A DNA stretch of 64,000 bases from Bacteroidota bacterium (GTDB lineage Bacteria > Bacteroidota > Bacteroidia > Bacteroidales > UBA7960): positions 15,641 to 79,640 of the forward strand of contig JBBISA010000005.1 in NCBI GenBank assembly GCA_037441525.1, in the 5' to 3' direction. Below the pieces are notes generated by a model. The model searched no databases, was not told the DNA's origin, and was given only the letters and a program-made list of their open reading frames with translations. The translations under genes and the position numbers were made by a program. Each line of letters starts with the position of its first letter. The first letter of the stretch is position 1. Positions 38,379 to 46,368 of the stretch are shown in pieces.

Positions 38379-39668
38379 ATGAACTTTACCAACAGTATAA
38401 ACGAATTTAACCGGGCCAAACAATCCATTCCCGGAGGGGTTAACTCACCGGCAAGGGCTTTCCGCAGTGTGGGCGGAAATCCCGTTTTTATTGCCAAAGC
38501 CAAAGGATCGCGCATGTGGGATATTGATGGAAACGAATACATCGACTATGTTTCGTCGTGGGGCCCCATGATAGTTGGACATGCTGATGAAAGGGTTATA
38601 AATGCCATAGTTGAAGCTGCACATCGGGGTACAAGTTACGGCGCCCCCACAGTAGGCGAAACAGAAATGGCCGAACAGATAAAAAGGATGAAACCATCGA
38701 TGGAAATTGTGCGCATGGTGAATTCGGGCACCGAAGCAACCATGAGTGCACTTCGCCTTGCCCGCGGTTATACCGGCCGCGATAAATTTATCAAGTTCGA
38801 GGGTTGTTATCATGGCCATGCCGACAGCTTCCTGATAAAAGCCGGGTCAGGCGCACTGACCCTCGGCCTGCCCGACAGCCCCGGCGTAACCAAAGGCACT
38901 GCTCAGGATACTATTACTGCCCGTTACAATGATATTAATCAGGTGGTTTCACTGTTTGAAAAATTTGGAAATGAAATTGCAGCGGTGATACTTGAGCCTG
39001 TTGTTGGAAACATGGGTGTGGTAATTCCTGATATGGATTTTCTGCAAAGTTTACGCACACTCACCCAGAAATATGGGGTTTTGCTGATTTTCGATGAAGT
39101 AATGACCGGGTTCAGGCTGGCCAAAGGAGGTGCCCAGGAATATTTTGGTATTACCCCCGATATTACCTGTCTGGGTAAGATAATTGGCGGAGGACTGCCC
39201 GTTGGTGCCTATGGCGGGCCGAAACACATCATGGAGAAACTTGCCCCCGCCGGGCCCGTTTATCAGGCCGGAACCCTTTCAGGAAACCCACTGGCCATGG
39301 CAGCCGGTCTTGCCACCCTAAAAATTATTGACGAAACGCCCAATTTCCACCAAGACCTTGAGCAAATGTCGGCTATGCTTGAGGCCGGATTCCGGAAAAA
39401 CCTGGAAATTACGGGCCATAAAGGAGTTGTAAACCGGGTTGGATCGATGATAACCCTTTTCTTCACCAACCGCCCACAGGTTAAATCGTTCGACGATGCC
39501 AGCACATCTGATACAGCAAAATTTGGCAGATATTTCCATGCATTGCTTAAAGAAGGGGTTTACATGCCTCCAAGCCAATACGAGGCCGCCTTTGTTCCAG
39601 CCTGCATTACCCATGCTGATATTGAAAAAACCATTGCTGCAAGTTTAAAAGCGATGCGAGGGATTTGA
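38379..39668 (+). CDS. hemL: Glutamate-1-semialdehyde 2,1-aminomutase
   Basis: 429 aa. [12 protein letters not shown], and the class-III aminotransferase PLP-lysine region [18 protein letters not shown]. Confidence 0.95.
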   Translation: MNFTNSINEFNRAKQSIPGGVNSPARAFRSVGGNPVFIAKAKGSRMWDIDGNEYIDYVSSWGPMIVGHADERVINAIVEAAHRGTSYGAPTVGETEMAEQIKRMKPSMEIVRMVNSGTEATMSALRLARGYTGRDKFIKFEGCYHGHADSFLIKAGSGALTLGLPDSPGVTKGTAQDTITARYNDINQVVSLFEKFGNEIAAVILEPVVGNMGVVIPDMDFLQSLRTLTQKYGVLLIFDEVMTGFRLAKGGAQEYFGITPDITCLGKIIGGGLPVGAYGGPKHIMEKLAPAGPVYQAGTLSGNPLAMAAGLATLKIIDETPNFHQDLEQMSAMLEAGFRKNLEITGHKGVVNRVGSMITLFFTNRPQVKSFDDASTSDTAKFGRYFHALLKEGVYMPPSQYEAAFVPACITHADIEKTIAASLKAMRGI

Positions 39669-39696
39669 CGGCAGAATATAGTGGACTGGAGACAGA

Positions 39697-39840
39697 GAAC
39701 AGAAGACCGAAGAAGGAAGATATAAGGCTTAAGTCAGGTTCAATTGTAAGTCGGGATGGGAGCTGCAAGTCCCGCCCTGACCAACTCAAAACCCGATACC
39801 CAGTACCCGCAACCCGAAACCCGATACCCGATACCTATTT
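39697..39840 (+). repeat. Intergenic composite element, copy A (purine box GAAGACCGAAGAAGGAAGATATAAGG - AAGTC direct repeats/hairpin - CGCCCTGACCAAC - 6.5 ACCCGAW heptads - TATTT)
   Basis: Aligns along its length with copy B at 40901-41060. The heptads at 39791-39835 read acccgat acccagt acccgca acccgaa acccgat acccgat acc. Confidence 0.85.
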
Positions 39841-39860
39841 TTCAACCTAATTTACCTTTC

Positions 39861-40889
39861 ATGTCAAATATATTTCTCGATACTTTACAAGGAAAGCCTA
39901 CATCGCGGCCGCCGGTTTGGTTCATGCGTCAGGCAGGCAGAGTGCTTCCGTCATATAATGCCCTAAAAGAAAAATATACCTTCTGGCAGCTCATGAAAGA
40001 CCCCGATTTGGCGGCCAGGGTTACCTTGCTTCCGGTAAATGATTTGGGGGTAGATGCAGCCATCCTTTTCTCCGACATCCTTGTAATACCCTATGCCATG
40101 GGAATGGGGCTCGATTTTACAGATAATGGCCCTGTATTTGACCAGCCCCTGAAGAATTTAGCTGAACCATTAAAAAACTTCCATCCCGACCCATCAAAAC
40201 TCGATTATATTTACAAGGCCATTGACCGGATAGTTGAAACACCAGGCAATACCGCTCCATTAATTGGATTCTGTGGAGCCCCCCTTACAGTGATGTTGTT
40301 TATGATACAGGGATTGGGCACCAAATCGAATTTTTCAGATGCAGAAAAATTCTTTTTTAAAGAAAAAGCACTTACCCGTAAAATGGCAGAAGCGGTAACC
40401 GAATTAACTGTCAAATATGCCCTCCAACAGGTAAAGCATGGCGTTTCGGCTTTTCAGTTGTTCGACACACATGCAGGGAGTATCCCATTTACATGGTATA
40501 AGGAGTTGTTTATGCCATCAGTAAAAAAAATCGCCGATGCAGTAAGACAAACCGGAACCCCATTCATATTTTTTCCAAAAGGAATTGGTGCAGGAATAAG
40601 CTCAATGAATCATGATGTCTGCGATTTTCTGAGTATCGACTGGCAAACCGATTTGTTTACCGCCCGCGAAATGGTTGATAAAAACGTGGGTTTGCAGGGA
40701 AACCTCGATCCCCGTGTATTATTTGCCCATACTGAAACCATCCGTAAAGAGCTCTTCAAATTCATCCCTTTCCACACGAAGGAAAATAAATGGATATTCA
40801 ACCTGGGTCACGGGCTTGTTCCAGGTATCCCTGTTGAGAACGTAAAGTTTGTAATTGATTTTGTGAAGCAGGTGCATTGGGAAGGTTAG
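39861..40889 (+). CDS. hemE: Uroporphyrinogen decarboxylase
   Basis: Trimmed to the ATG at 39861 (MSNIFLDTLQGKPTSRPPVWFMRQAGR, the canonical HemE N-terminus). The 35 extra codons of the track ORF read through repeat copy A. Confidence 0.93.
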   Translation: MSNIFLDTLQGKPTSRPPVWFMRQAGRVLPSYNALKEKYTFWQLMKDPDLAARVTLLPVNDLGVDAAILFSDILVIPYAMGMGLDFTDNGPVFDQPLKNLAEPLKNFHPDPSKLDYIYKAIDRIVETPGNTAPLIGFCGAPLTVMLFMIQGLGTKSNFSDAEKFFFKEKALTRKMAEAVTELTVKYALQQVKHGVSAFQLFDTHAGSIPFTWYKELFMPSVKKIADAVRQTGTPFIFFPKGIGAGISSMNHDVCDFLSIDWQTDLFTAREMVDKNVGLQGNLDPRVLFAHTETIRKELFKFIPFHTKENKWIFNLGHGLVPGIPVENVKFVIDFVKQVHWEG

Positions 40890-40900
40890 ATTTTTGAAAG

Positions 40901-41060
40901 AAAACTGAAGACCGAAGAATGAAGATATAAGGTGGAAGTCAAATTCATTTTTAAGTCAGGACGTGAGCCACAAACCTCGCCCTGACCAACCCGAAACCCA
41001 ATACCCCACACCTGATACCCGAAACCCGATACCCTACACCTGATACCCGAAACCCTATTT
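40901..41060 (+). repeat. Intergenic composite element, copy B (same architecture, 10 heptads)
   Basis: GAAGACCGAAGAATGAAGATATAAGG, AAGTCA...AAGTCAGG, CGCCCTGACCAAC. The heptads at 40989-41058 include a 28-nt higher-order repeat (acctgatacccgaaaccc appears twice). Confidence 0.85.
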
Positions 41061-41091
41061 ACATACGTACCAAACATCAACCAATACTTAA

Positions 41092-42465
41092 ATGCCCAAT
41101 ATTCAATTGCTCAAAAAATATAATAAGCCTGGTCCACGGTATACCAGTTACCCACCGGCCACATTTTTTCACAACGGGATTACCAATGAGCATTTCCGAG
41201 CCATGATTGATAAATCGAACCATCAACAACCGGCCAATATTTCCATTTATATCCATATCCCCTTTTGCAGGCAACTCTGCCATTTTTGCGGTTGCAATAC
41301 CAGTTGTTTTCCCGAAAATGGGCTTATCGGGCAATATATTGAAGCCCTGATTAAGGAGATAAAAACCGTTTCCGGACTTTTGAATACCAGCAGGCCATTG
41401 ACCCAGATACATTGGGGCGGTGGCACCCCCAACTCCATCGACCTTAAACTGGTAGAAAAAGTAATGAATGAGTTGATGAAGATATACACACCAAGCCCCG
41501 AAGCAGAAATTGCCATGGAGTGCAATCCGGCTTACCTTGAACCTGAACACATTGACCAACTGGCCCAAATGAGGTTTAACAGGCTTAGTCTGGGCATACA
41601 GGATTTTAACAACGATGTGCTCAGGTTAGTAAACAGGAAACCTTCCCGTTATCCGGTTGACTTGCTCATTAACAGAATGAAAGCCAATAATATGGCTGGG
41701 GTAAACATTGACCTGATCTATGGATTGCCCGGACAAACAGCCCATTCATTCAGAGAAACCATCGAAAAAGCGATTGCCATTTCGCCCGACCGACTGGTAA
41801 CCTTCTCCTATGCACATGTGCCCTGGGCAAAGACTGCTCAAAAAATTCTTGAAGAGGTGGGTCTTCCCGATGTGGAAGAAAAACTTGCCATGTTTGAAAC
41901 TGCGTATAATTTACTCACTAACAATGGTTATGTAAGTATTGGGATGGATCATTATGCAAAACCGCATGACGAGCTTACGCAGGCGCTTAACAACAAACGA
42001 CTTCACCGCAATTTTCAGGGGTATTGTACCCAGGAAACCACAGGCCAGGTGTATGGTTTTGGGGCAACATCCATTAGCCAGCTAAAGGGAGGCTACTACC
42101 AGAACACAAAGGACTCTTCAAAATACATAGAAGCAATAACCCAAACAGGACTTGCAATTGAAAAGGGCTATGAACTTACTCCGGAAGACCTGATAAGGCG
42201 CGAAGTGATCAACCAGATCATGTGCAACGGATGGCTCGATTTCGGTCAACTTGCTGCAGAAATGAATATCTCGCCGGAAGAACTAAAAAAAACCACAGGC
42301 TATAATCCTGAAAAGCTTCAAACATTTATCGATGATGATCTTTTAATGTTAAATGAAGAAACCCTGCGATTGAAGGAAAATGGGTTTCTGGTGGTGCGCA
42401 ATATTGCCATGGAATTCGATCCCTTGCTTACTATAGGCACCGGGCAATATTCCAAAACGGTGTAA
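41092..42465 (+). CDS. hemN: Oxygen-independent coproporphyrinogen-III oxidase (radical SAM)
   Basis: 457 aa. YTSYPP, radical-SAM cluster motif IPFCxxLCHFCGC, GGGTPN, and a HemN C-terminal domain. Confidence 0.93.
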   Translation: MPNIQLLKKYNKPGPRYTSYPPATFFHNGITNEHFRAMIDKSNHQQPANISIYIHIPFCRQLCHFCGCNTSCFPENGLIGQYIEALIKEIKTVSGLLNTSRPLTQIHWGGGTPNSIDLKLVEKVMNELMKIYTPSPEAEIAMECNPAYLEPEHIDQLAQMRFNRLSLGIQDFNNDVLRLVNRKPSRYPVDLLINRMKANNMAGVNIDLIYGLPGQTAHSFRETIEKAIAISPDRLVTFSYAHVPWAKTAQKILEEVGLPDVEEKLAMFETAYNLLTNNGYVSIGMDHYAKPHDELTQALNNKRLHRNFQGYCTQETTGQVYGFGATSISQLKGGYYQNTKDSSKYIEAITQTGLAIEKGYELTPEDLIRREVINQIMCNGWLDFGQLAAEMNISPEELKKTTGYNPEKLQTFIDDDLLMLNEETLRLKENGFLVVRNIAMEFDPLLTIGTGQYSKTV

Positions 42466-42544
42466 CAAATCCGATTCATTAACCCGGATTAGTATTCAGG
42501 AATGTAATGAACTAATGACTTAGCCGGGTTTAACCCCGCTTTAG

Positions 42545-42590
42545 AAAAACTTAATTTGTAAGCATTTCTGCTTGCAAATATTTAGTTTTT
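42545..42590. terminator. Long imperfect AT-rich palindrome; possible bidirectional terminator after hemN
   Basis: aaaaacttaatttgtaagca / tgcttgcaaatatttagttttt pair with one mismatch and two bulges, and the arms carry A and T runs. The stem is weak and AT-rich. Confidence 0.3.
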
Positions 42591-42690
42591 CTTTAGCGAT
42601 TTATTAAGATAGAAATCACATAATCAATAACTTAAAACTTTAATTTTTTTTAATGACAGTCATTAGAAAAAACGGCTAAGGACAAATTTG

Positions 42691-42736
42691 GGATTAAAAA
42701 TAAAATGATGGGTTCGCTATCTGGTAACCCACCATT
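42691..42736 (-). terminator. Rho-independent terminator downstream of pepT
   Basis: An 11-bp stem with one mismatch (aatgatgggtt 42704-42714 with aacccaccatt 42726-42736). On the minus strand it is followed by TTTTATTTTTAAT. Confidence 0.55.
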
Positions 42737-42765
42737 TTCGCTTTAGTTTGTAAGCCCTTATCCTA

Positions 42766-44001
42766 TTATCTGGCGTAAAGTTCTGCAATTTTAAGAATTA
42801 CCTGTGTAGCTTTCTCCATGCTTTCGAGGGGAATAAATTCATACTTTCCGTGAAAATTATGTCCGCCAGCAAATATATTAGGACAGGGTAATCCCATGTA
42901 TGACAGTCGGGAGCCATCCGTGCCTCCGCGTATGGGTTTAATCTTTGGTTTAATGCCCAGCTCAAGCATAGCCTTTTCGGCAATCTCAACTATATGGTAA
43001 ACGGGTTCTACCATTTCACGCATATTATAATACTGGTCTTTCATTTCAACTGTAATGGTTCCGGCGCCATGCTTTTTGTTCATAAACTCAGCTATATCGT
43101 GAACAAGTTGTTTCCGTTTTTCAAATTTTTGCCGGTCGTGATCACGAATAATATACTGAAGAGTAGATTCTTCAACTGTACCTTCAAACTTTATCAGATG
43201 AAAAAAGCCTTCGTAATGCTCAGTAAACTCGGGGCGGTCGAATACAGGCAACATATCGTTGAACTCAGTGCCCACCAGCATTGAGTTGATCATTTTGTAT
43301 TTCGACATACCGGGATGCACATTGCGCCCCTGTACCTTAATTTTAGCAAAAGCGGCATTGAAATTCTCAAACTCAAGCTCGCCTACTTCGCCACCATCGA
43401 GGGTATAAGCATACTTTGCGCCGAATTTTTTCACATCAAAATGGTCTACCCCTTTTCCGATTTCTTCATCGGGGGTAAATGCAATTTTAATCGTTCCATG
43501 CTTAATTTCAGGATGATTTACCAGGTATTCCACAGCGGTCATGATCTCTGCTACTCCTGCTTTATCATCTGCGCCTAACAGTGTGGTTCCATCGGTTGTG
43601 ATTAGGGTTTGTCCCATATACTTTTTCAACTCCGGAAAATCCTTTACCCTGAGAAACATCTGTTTTTCCTGATTGATGAGAATGTCTTCTCCATCATAAT
43701 CTTCAAAAATGGTGGGTTTTATATCCCTTCCCGACATATCCGGAGCTGTATCTACATGTGCTATGAAGCCGATAACGGGTATTTCCTTGTCGGTATTTGC
43801 GGGCAAGGTGGCCATAACATAACAATTATCGTCCACGTGGGCATCAGCCAGCCCAAGGTCTCTTAACTCCTGGGCAAGCAATTTTGCAAGATCGAATTGT
43901 TTGTGTGTGCTGGGAAATGTTTGCGATGTGGAATCAGACTGAGTATCAATACTTATATAGCGATAAAACTTTTCTAATAATGTTTTTTTTAAGGGTTCCA
44001 T
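42766..44001 (-). CDS. pepT: Peptidase T (tripeptide aminopeptidase, M20B)
   Basis: Trimmed to the ATG at 43999-44001 (MEPLKKTLLEKFYRYISIDTQSD, the typical PepT N-terminus). HVDTAPD, GADDKAG and PDEEIG metal-ligand motifs. The upstream 39 codons of the track ORF cover repeat copy C. Confidence 0.9.
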   Translation of the reverse strand: MEPLKKTLLEKFYRYISIDTQSDSTSQTFPSTHKQFDLAKLLAQELRDLGLADAHVDDNCYVMATLPANTDKEIPVIGFIAHVDTAPDMSGRDIKPTIFEDYDGEDILINQEKQMFLRVKDFPELKKYMGQTLITTDGTTLLGADDKAGVAEIMTAVEYLVNHPEIKHGTIKIAFTPDEEIGKGVDHFDVKKFGAKYAYTLDGGEVGELEFENFNAAFAKIKVQGRNVHPGMSKYKMINSMLVGTEFNDMLPVFDRPEFTEHYEGFFHLIKFEGTVEESTLQYIIRDHDRQKFEKRKQLVHDIAEFMNKKHGAGTITVEMKDQYYNMREMVEPVYHIVEIAEKAMLELGIKPKIKPIRGGTDGSRLSYMGLPCPNIFAGGHNFHGKYEFIPLESMEKATQVILKIAELYAR

Positions 44002-44024
44002 AATGGTAGGGATATAATATTTGA

Positions 44025-44072
44025 TGTTGGGTATCAGGGTCAGGAATCGGGTGTTGGGTTTAGGGATAGATG
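44025..44072 (-). repeat. Partial, inverted copy C of the heptad-repeat element (tail portion only)
   Basis: The reverse complement reads ccctaa acccaac acccgat tcctgac cctgat acccaac. It shares the CCTGACC and ACCCGAT/ACCCAAC units with copies A and B. It is C-rich on the coding (minus) strand. Confidence 0.6.
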
Positions 44073-44136
44073 TATAGTAATACCATGAAAAAAATGGGGC
44101 CTGTAACCGGACATCCAAAACCGTGAATCTGAAAAA

Positions 44137-46086
44137 TTATTCTTTGAGAGAGCTTCTGTAAAGATAAACACAAAGCAGTGTAAACATCACAATAGAAAGA
44201 TATTGCGAGCCGTTTGTTGCAAGCCAGTTATGTGCTTCCAGATCTAAGCCGCCAAATTTGATCATGGCGCTGACAACACCCATAAGTGCACCACCGGCGA
44301 TAAAACCACTGGCAATAAGAGTCCCTTTTTCGCGACGTGCCGAGTTAATGGCTTCATCCTTACTACGGTTAGAAAGGTAATGTGCAATTATACCTCCAAC
44401 AAGCAAAGGGGTATTAAGCCCCAGTGGGATGAATATACCCAGTGAAAAGGCAAGGGCCGGAACTCCGAGCATAGTTAAAATCAGCGACATAAATGCGCCT
44501 GCTGCATAGAGGGGCCACGGGGCCGACCCACCGGTCATCATGGGTTCAACTACTGCTGCCATGGCGTTGGCCTGTGGAGCTACCAGAGCTCCATCGCCGG
44601 TAAAACCATAGGTCTGATTAAGAATGATGATAACACCGCCAACAGTTGCCGCCGAAACAACAGTCCCCAGAAATTTCCATCCCTGTTGTTTATAGGGGGA
44701 TGAACCGAGCCAGTAGCCAATCTTAAGGTCGGTAATAAAACCACCTGCCATGGCAAGGGCCGTGCAAACCACGCCACCAATAATAAGGGCAGCTATCATG
44801 CCCGAAGTGCCACTTAATCCTGCACCAGCCATAACCAACGAGGTAATTATCAGGGTCATAAGGGTCATTCCGGAAACCGGATTGGTACCTACTATGGCTA
44901 TTGCATTGGCCGCAACGGTAGTAAAAAGGAATGAGATTATCATTACTATAACCAGTGCAATTAATGCATGGCCAAGATTTTGAACCACCCCAAACTGGAA
45001 GAAAACAAATATAAGTAACGCTGTGAAAAGAATACCACCCATAATAATGCTCATGGGAAGGTCGCGGCGGGTGCGTATATTTTTATCTGCGCTGGCATGT
45101 TTGCTAAAAGTTTCCTTTACGGCAAGATTAACAGCGGTGCGAATTACTTTCGATGACCGGATAATACCAATAACCCCGGCCATAGCAATACCACCAATAC
45201 CAATCATCCTGACATAAGAGCCAAAAATAGTTTCAGGGGTTGCCGCAGCAATGGCAGCATCGCCTCCGAAAACAGATGCTGCATGCGCAACAAGGGGAAT
45301 AATAACAAACCAGCCAACAAACGAACCTGCACAGATTATCACTGCATATTTCAATCCGATGATGTATCCAAGCCCCACAATGGCAGCACCTACATTGAGT
45401 TTGAAAACCAGCTTTGCCTTATCGGCCAGCGCCGCGCCAAAGGGAAGCGCGCGGGTGGTAAACTCTTCTGCCCAAAGGCCAAAAGTGGCAATCAGGAAAT
45501 CATAAATACCACCGATTAGACCACTGAAAAGCAGAACCCTGGCCTGGCTGCCACCTTTTTCGCCTGAAACAAGTACCTCTGTTGTGGCAGTTGCTTCAGG
45601 GAATGGGTACTTCCCATGCATTTCGGCAACAAAATACTTTCTAAAAGGAATGATGAACAAAATACCAAGAAAACCCCCAAGAAGAGACGATAGGAAAACC
45701 TGGTAAAAGTGGGCTTCGAGACCAAGAATATACAAAGCAGGCAGGGTAAAGATAGCCCCGGCGACAATAACGCCTGAACTGGCGCCAATGGACTGGATGA
45801 TTACATTTTCGCCCAGAGCATTTTTTCTTTTAAAAACTGCCGATAAACCCACAGCAATAATGGCAATGGGAATTGCTGCTTCGAAAACCTGCCCGATTTT
45901 AAGACCCAGATAAGCTGCGGCAGCCGAAAAAATTATTGCCATTAGCAAACCTAGCGATATGGAGCGGAAATTTGCTTCAGGATAGATTTTCCCGGGTTCC
46001 ATTACAGGTATATACTCTTCGCCTGGCTGAAGCTCTTTATAGGCATTCTCAGGCAACCCTTTGATTGTTGTATTTTTATGTTCCAT
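44137..46086 (-). CDS. OPT-family oligopeptide transporter
   Basis: 649-aa polytopic membrane protein (about 16 TM) with the Gly/Ala-rich helices and size typical of bacterial OPT transporters. It lies directly upstream of pepT. Confidence 0.8.
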   Translation of the reverse strand: MEHKNTTIKGLPENAYKELQPGEEYIPVMEPGKIYPEANFRSISLGLLMAIIFSAAAAYLGLKIGQVFEAAIPIAIIAVGLSAVFKRKNALGENVIIQSIGASSGVIVAGAIFTLPALYILGLEAHFYQVFLSSLLGGFLGILFIIPFRKYFVAEMHGKYPFPEATATTEVLVSGEKGGSQARVLLFSGLIGGIYDFLIATFGLWAEEFTTRALPFGAALADKAKLVFKLNVGAAIVGLGYIIGLKYAVIICAGSFVGWFVIIPLVAHAASVFGGDAAIAAATPETIFGSYVRMIGIGGIAMAGVIGIIRSSKVIRTAVNLAVKETFSKHASADKNIRTRRDLPMSIIMGGILFTALLIFVFFQFGVVQNLGHALIALVIVMIISFLFTTVAANAIAIVGTNPVSGMTLMTLIITSLVMAGAGLSGTSGMIAALIIGGVVCTALAMAGGFITDLKIGYWLGSSPYKQQGWKFLGTVVSAATVGGVIIILNQTYGFTGDGALVAPQANAMAAVVEPMMTGGSAPWPLYAAGAFMSLILTMLGVPALAFSLGIFIPLGLNTPLLVGGIIAHYLSNRSKDEAINSARREKGTLIASGFIAGGALMGVVSAMIKFGGLDLEAHNWLATNGSQYLSIVMFTLLCVYLYRSSLKE

Positions 46087-46368
46087 AATGTTTTGATATT
46101 TGGTGTTGGGTAATAGTGTTTTTTAAAGCCGAAAAGGCGGCCTAAAATAGACAAATCCCACCAAATAATTCAAAATTTTTTTTAGGGTTTTTTATCCTGG
46201 CTGGAATTTTAGGAAAAAGATGGAAAATGAGCCCCGTCCCTGGAGAAAAGTCAATGAAAATGACTCCGGAACACTCAGAATTTTAATACAATATCCGAAT
46301 CACTGTTGCTTTAACCCTTGGATTTCAACCATCAATTTTCATTTATAACCGTATCTTTCCCGGTTTCA

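Noticed and set aside
39756-39860. The 35-codon N-terminal extension of the hemE track ORF (MGAASPALTNSKPDTQYPQPETRYPIPIFQPNLPF).
   Set aside because: It is a translation through repeat copy A; the heptads give the odd PDTQYPQPETRYPIP string. The canonical HemE N-terminus (MSNIFLDTLQGKPTSRPPVWFMRQAGR) begins at the ATG at 39861.
39791-41058. The heptad repeats considered as a CRISPR array, a telomere-like repeat (compare CCCTAAA) or a coding collagen-like or heptad peptide repeat.
   Set aside because: The units are 7 nt with no spacers, so this is not a CRISPR array. A 7-nt period is out of frame for coding. The tracts are internal to a chromosomal operon, so the resemblance to plant-type telomere units is coincidental.
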